DNA of 64,000 nucleotides from Desulfatiglandales bacterium (GTDB lineage: Bacteria; Desulfobacterota; DSM-4660; Desulfatiglandales; HGW-15), in assembly GCA_963667015.2 (NCBI GenBank), contig CAXXJJ010000004.1, positions 1,472,001 to 1,536,000 on the forward strand. The letters are read 5' to 3'. Shown here piece by piece: positions 61,273 to 64,000 of this stretch (positions are counted from its first letter, which is position 1; each line of letters starts with the position of its first letter). Under the pieces are notes generated by a model that made no database searches, was not told where the DNA came from, and saw only the letters and a list, made by a program, of their open reading frames with translations. Position numbers and translations under genes: made by a program.

Positions 61273-63009
61273 ATGAAAAAAAAGACAACACCAAATAAAA
61301 TACCTGAACCGGTCTACACAGTACTTGATCCACGCAGCAGAGAACCTGAAGTCCGGTTCAGGGGCATAAACCCGCGCCCGGATAACCTGGACGGGAAAAG
61401 GGTTATCGTAGCCAACCTGCACGGGGGTAATGAAGAGATCATGGAATCCATTGCCGCTGACCTTAAGGCTGCAAAAGGTAAATGCGAGGTAATATATTAC
61501 CCTGTCAACGGCCGGTGGGATGACCTTGATCAGGAAGACTGGGACATGCTGCTTTCCGGTGATGCAGTCATTCTGGGCCATAACTACTGAGGCGGGGCCT
61601 CTCTGGCCATGAGCCGGGTCGCGGCTCAACTGGAAAAAAAGGGAATACCTGTGGTACTGGAATCCTTTAAAGATCCCGGTATCAATAAAACTGCAAAACT
61701 GAATTTCATGAGGGAAGGAATCCCTGCTGTACGCGAGGTATTGACTCCCCAGGATACTTCTCTTAAATCCCTGCCGGATGAATATACACAGCAATTCATT
61801 GATGCACTGACCTCTCCACTGCCAGAAGATGAGAAGGCCTCGGGGATCTATGAACCTCCCCGAAATGAAGGAATCTTTATGACAGGGACCTATGATGAAG
61901 TTCAAAGGGCCTTTGAAGGTGAACTTGCATCCCATCCAAGTATAGGCCCGATCGCAGAGATGACCGACGGCCTTCCGGTTACACCTCCCACCGAAAAAAG
62001 GGTTGCAGAAATGCTCAAGGGCACAAGCCATGATCCTGACGAACCGGTTGAATTTACAGGCTTCTGGAACAGTGCAAGATACCTGGCCACAGTGAAAAAG
62101 GTAGCTATCAATGCTGTAATGGCCGGATGCAGACCGGAATACATGCCTGTAGTACTTGCCATTGCCGAAGCCGGAGGATGTATTGGATACCCCGGTGACT
62201 CTTCCTTCGGACACATGTTTGTAGTAAGCGGTCCTATTGCCAGAGAAATCGGTATGAATTCGGGATTCTGTTTTCTTGCTCCGGGGAACCCAGCCAACAT
62301 GACCCTCCAGAGGGCAGCCACTCTGATCGGCATCAACCTGGGTGGTGCAATATTTGGAATTAATGTACTTGAACGCACCGGGCCGCTCCACTGGGGTACC
62401 ATATTTGCCGAGGATGAAAACACACCATGGGAAGGGTTAAATGAACATTTCGGTTTCAGGTCTGACGAGAGCATACTCCTCGCCTGGGAAGGCAAGGTCC
62501 AGCTTATTCCCTTTCAAAACATAGAGGTCAGATCAGCCGAAACACTTCTCGAAAACCAGGTCGGCACCCCTGAACATGCGGTAGCAGCGTTAAAGACAAT
62601 TACCAATACAAACGGGGCAATTCTTTCCCTCACACCCGACACTGCATGCTACTGGAAAGAGGAATACGGATTCAATACCATGGCGGCTCTCCAGGATTAC
62701 ATATATGAAAATGTTACCTGGAAGCAGAAAGTGTGGGCCAAAAATTACTGGATACATACACTTGGCAGAGGCCGTCAGTCAGGATATTTTACAGGAAGCA
62801 ATAACAGACCTGACCGTCCTTTCGACTATGAAGTGGATGAAAGATCGAGCACCGAACGCCTGAGCCGGCTTCCGGAAGATGCAGATGTACCAAAGCTTGT
62901 CAGCCCGAAAAGTGTTACAGTAATTGTTGCAGGCGGAACAGGAAACGCCTGGACCTGGGGAGGCGCCTATGGCAGACCCATTGCCTATTCAATAGATAAA
63001 TGGAGATGA
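61273..63009 (+). CDS. UGSC-family selenoprotein, cytoplasmic, 578 aa, U-G-G-A
   Basis: ORFs 61273-61590 and 61609-63009 are in frame across TGA 61588-61590: LGHNY-U-GGASLAMSRVAAQLEKKGIPVV; hairpin TGAGCCG-GGTCG-CGGCTCA at 61610-61628. Confidence 0.82.
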
Positions 63010-63258
63010 AAAACTGTTCATGGTTTAAGGCTTATGTTCTACAGCTAAAACACAAATCCTGACAAACAGGTAAATCCTGAATTTTGGATATTGAACTTGA
63101 ATCACTATTTGTTCGCTATGAAGAACAACCCTTGACAATATTCCATCTGATGGGGTATGAGATTAAAAAACAGGATTAGACCGTTAATCACTCTTTTCAG
63201 ACTTTAAAACCCAGCGCCTTATTAAGGCAGGTCTGTTGAACTAACGGAGGATAAGACA

Positions 63259-64000
63259 ATAAAAAAGCCCACTTTGTTATTAATCCTTTTGATGTCGGTC
63301 TCCATTTTCATTCCTCATTCTGTGCCGACCGCGGCCCGGGAAAAGACACTCAAACTGTCACTGGTTAATTTTGTTCCTGATATCCCGCCAGGGGCAAACT
63401 GGGCACGTCTCTTCATCAGCAACATAGAAAAAATGTCAGAGGGCACTATCAAAATAAGACTGATGGGCCCGGAGGCCATCCCCTCTGCAGACGCCCCGGC
63501 AGCCGTAAAGAGAGGAACTGTTGATATGGCAAGCGCCCTGGCATCATTCTGCGATGCCCTTGTCCCTGCTTCAAGCACGATAGGCCGCGCAGAATACTCC
63601 CCAATGGAACTCCGTAACGGCCCTGCATTCAAATACTACCGGGAGCAATTCGCAAAGCAGGGTATTTATTATCTGGGGGCATCCCTGTCCTCCCTCCCGC
63701 AGGTACAGACTGTATTCTATCTCAGGAAAGACATTGATACACTCAAGAATATGGAAGGGCTCAAGATTGCATCAATGGGAGGCTCCAACAGGATGTTTAT
63801 CGAAAAGCTCAAGGCTGTCTGTGTGCCCATAGATTTTCCGGATTATTTTACATCCATGGAACGAGGCACTGTTGACGGCTACAACATCGGGATACCGGGG
63901 ATCCAGGACTTCAGTCTTACACCGGTTACAAAAGTCATGCTGGATGAGCCATTCAGTTCATGCGGGGGCATGATGATCATGAACATGGCAAAATACAAAA
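63259..64000 (+). CDS. TRAP transporter substrate-binding protein (DctP-like), partial at window end
   Basis: Open frame KKPTLLLILLMSVSIF...GPEAIP...AVKRGTVDMA...GLKIAS...MERGTVDG; missed by the ORF track. Confidence 0.8.
   Translation, partial: MKKPTLLLILLMSVSIFIPHSVPTAAREKTLKLSLVNFVPDIPPGANWARLFISNIEKMSEGTIKIRLMGPEAIPSADAPAAVKRGTVDMASALASFCDALVPASSTIGRAEYSPMELRNGPAFKYYREQFAKQGIYYLGASLSSLPQVQTVFYLRKDIDTLKNMEGLKIASMGGSNRMFIEKLKAVCVPIDFPDYFTSMERGTVDGYNIGIPGIQDFSLTPVTKVMLDEPFSSCGGMMIMNMAKYK

Noticed and set aside
61213..62495. Long antisense ORFs (392 aa and 197 aa) and similar shadow ORFs elsewhere
   Set aside because: They overlap well-supported genes on the opposite strand and have no recognisable motifs.
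1..64000. Genome-wide UGA reassignment (Trp or Gly) as the cause of the in-frame TGAs
   Set aside because: Many complete genes end in TGA (e.g. 3105-4202, 10708-12078, 30409 end, 63009 end) and long ORFs use TGG for Trp. Internal TGAs are confined to Cys-type motif positions with downstream hairpins.
1..64000. tRNA (including tRNA-Sec), rRNA, intact transposase or prophage genes
   Set aside because: None was recognised by eye. A tRNAscan-SE or Infernal run would be needed to exclude them formally.

Overview
This 64-kb window looks like accessory chromosome from an anaerobic Gram-negative bacterium. Gene content and repeat types suggest Desulfobacterota (inference). Most of it encodes catabolic and regulatory functions: a tannase-family esterase, a carboxylesterase, a glycyl-radical activase, XDH-family and pyrogallol-transhydroxylase-like molybdoenzymes, modABC, two GPH transporters, an ECF module, HD-GYP/HDOD proteins and a c-di-GMP-I riboswitch. 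The main discovery is a set of probable selenoproteins that the ORF track splits into fragments. Four co-oriented genes at 30409-34106 (-) are each interrupted or extended by in-frame TGA codons followed by SECIS-like hairpins. They are (1) a MerB-like lyase with TGA at both catalytic-Cys positions, (2) a lipoprotein ending U-D-stop, (3) a MerC/MerT-like membrane protein with C-P-U-U and a terminal G-U-G-stop, and (4) a UGSC-family lipoprotein with G-G-U-U-G-C. Two of them have tandem TGA-TGA. Two further UGSC-family paralogs (42249-43955, 61273-63009) also read through TGA in frame. The window also holds an integron-type cassette array with no integrase nearby (about 45850-53620), an orphan SMODS/CD-NTase-like gene, GTAG-type REPs, a MITE and several pseudogenes. 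All family assignments come from motif recognition by eye, not database searches. No selA/selB/selC/selD gene was recognised in the window.
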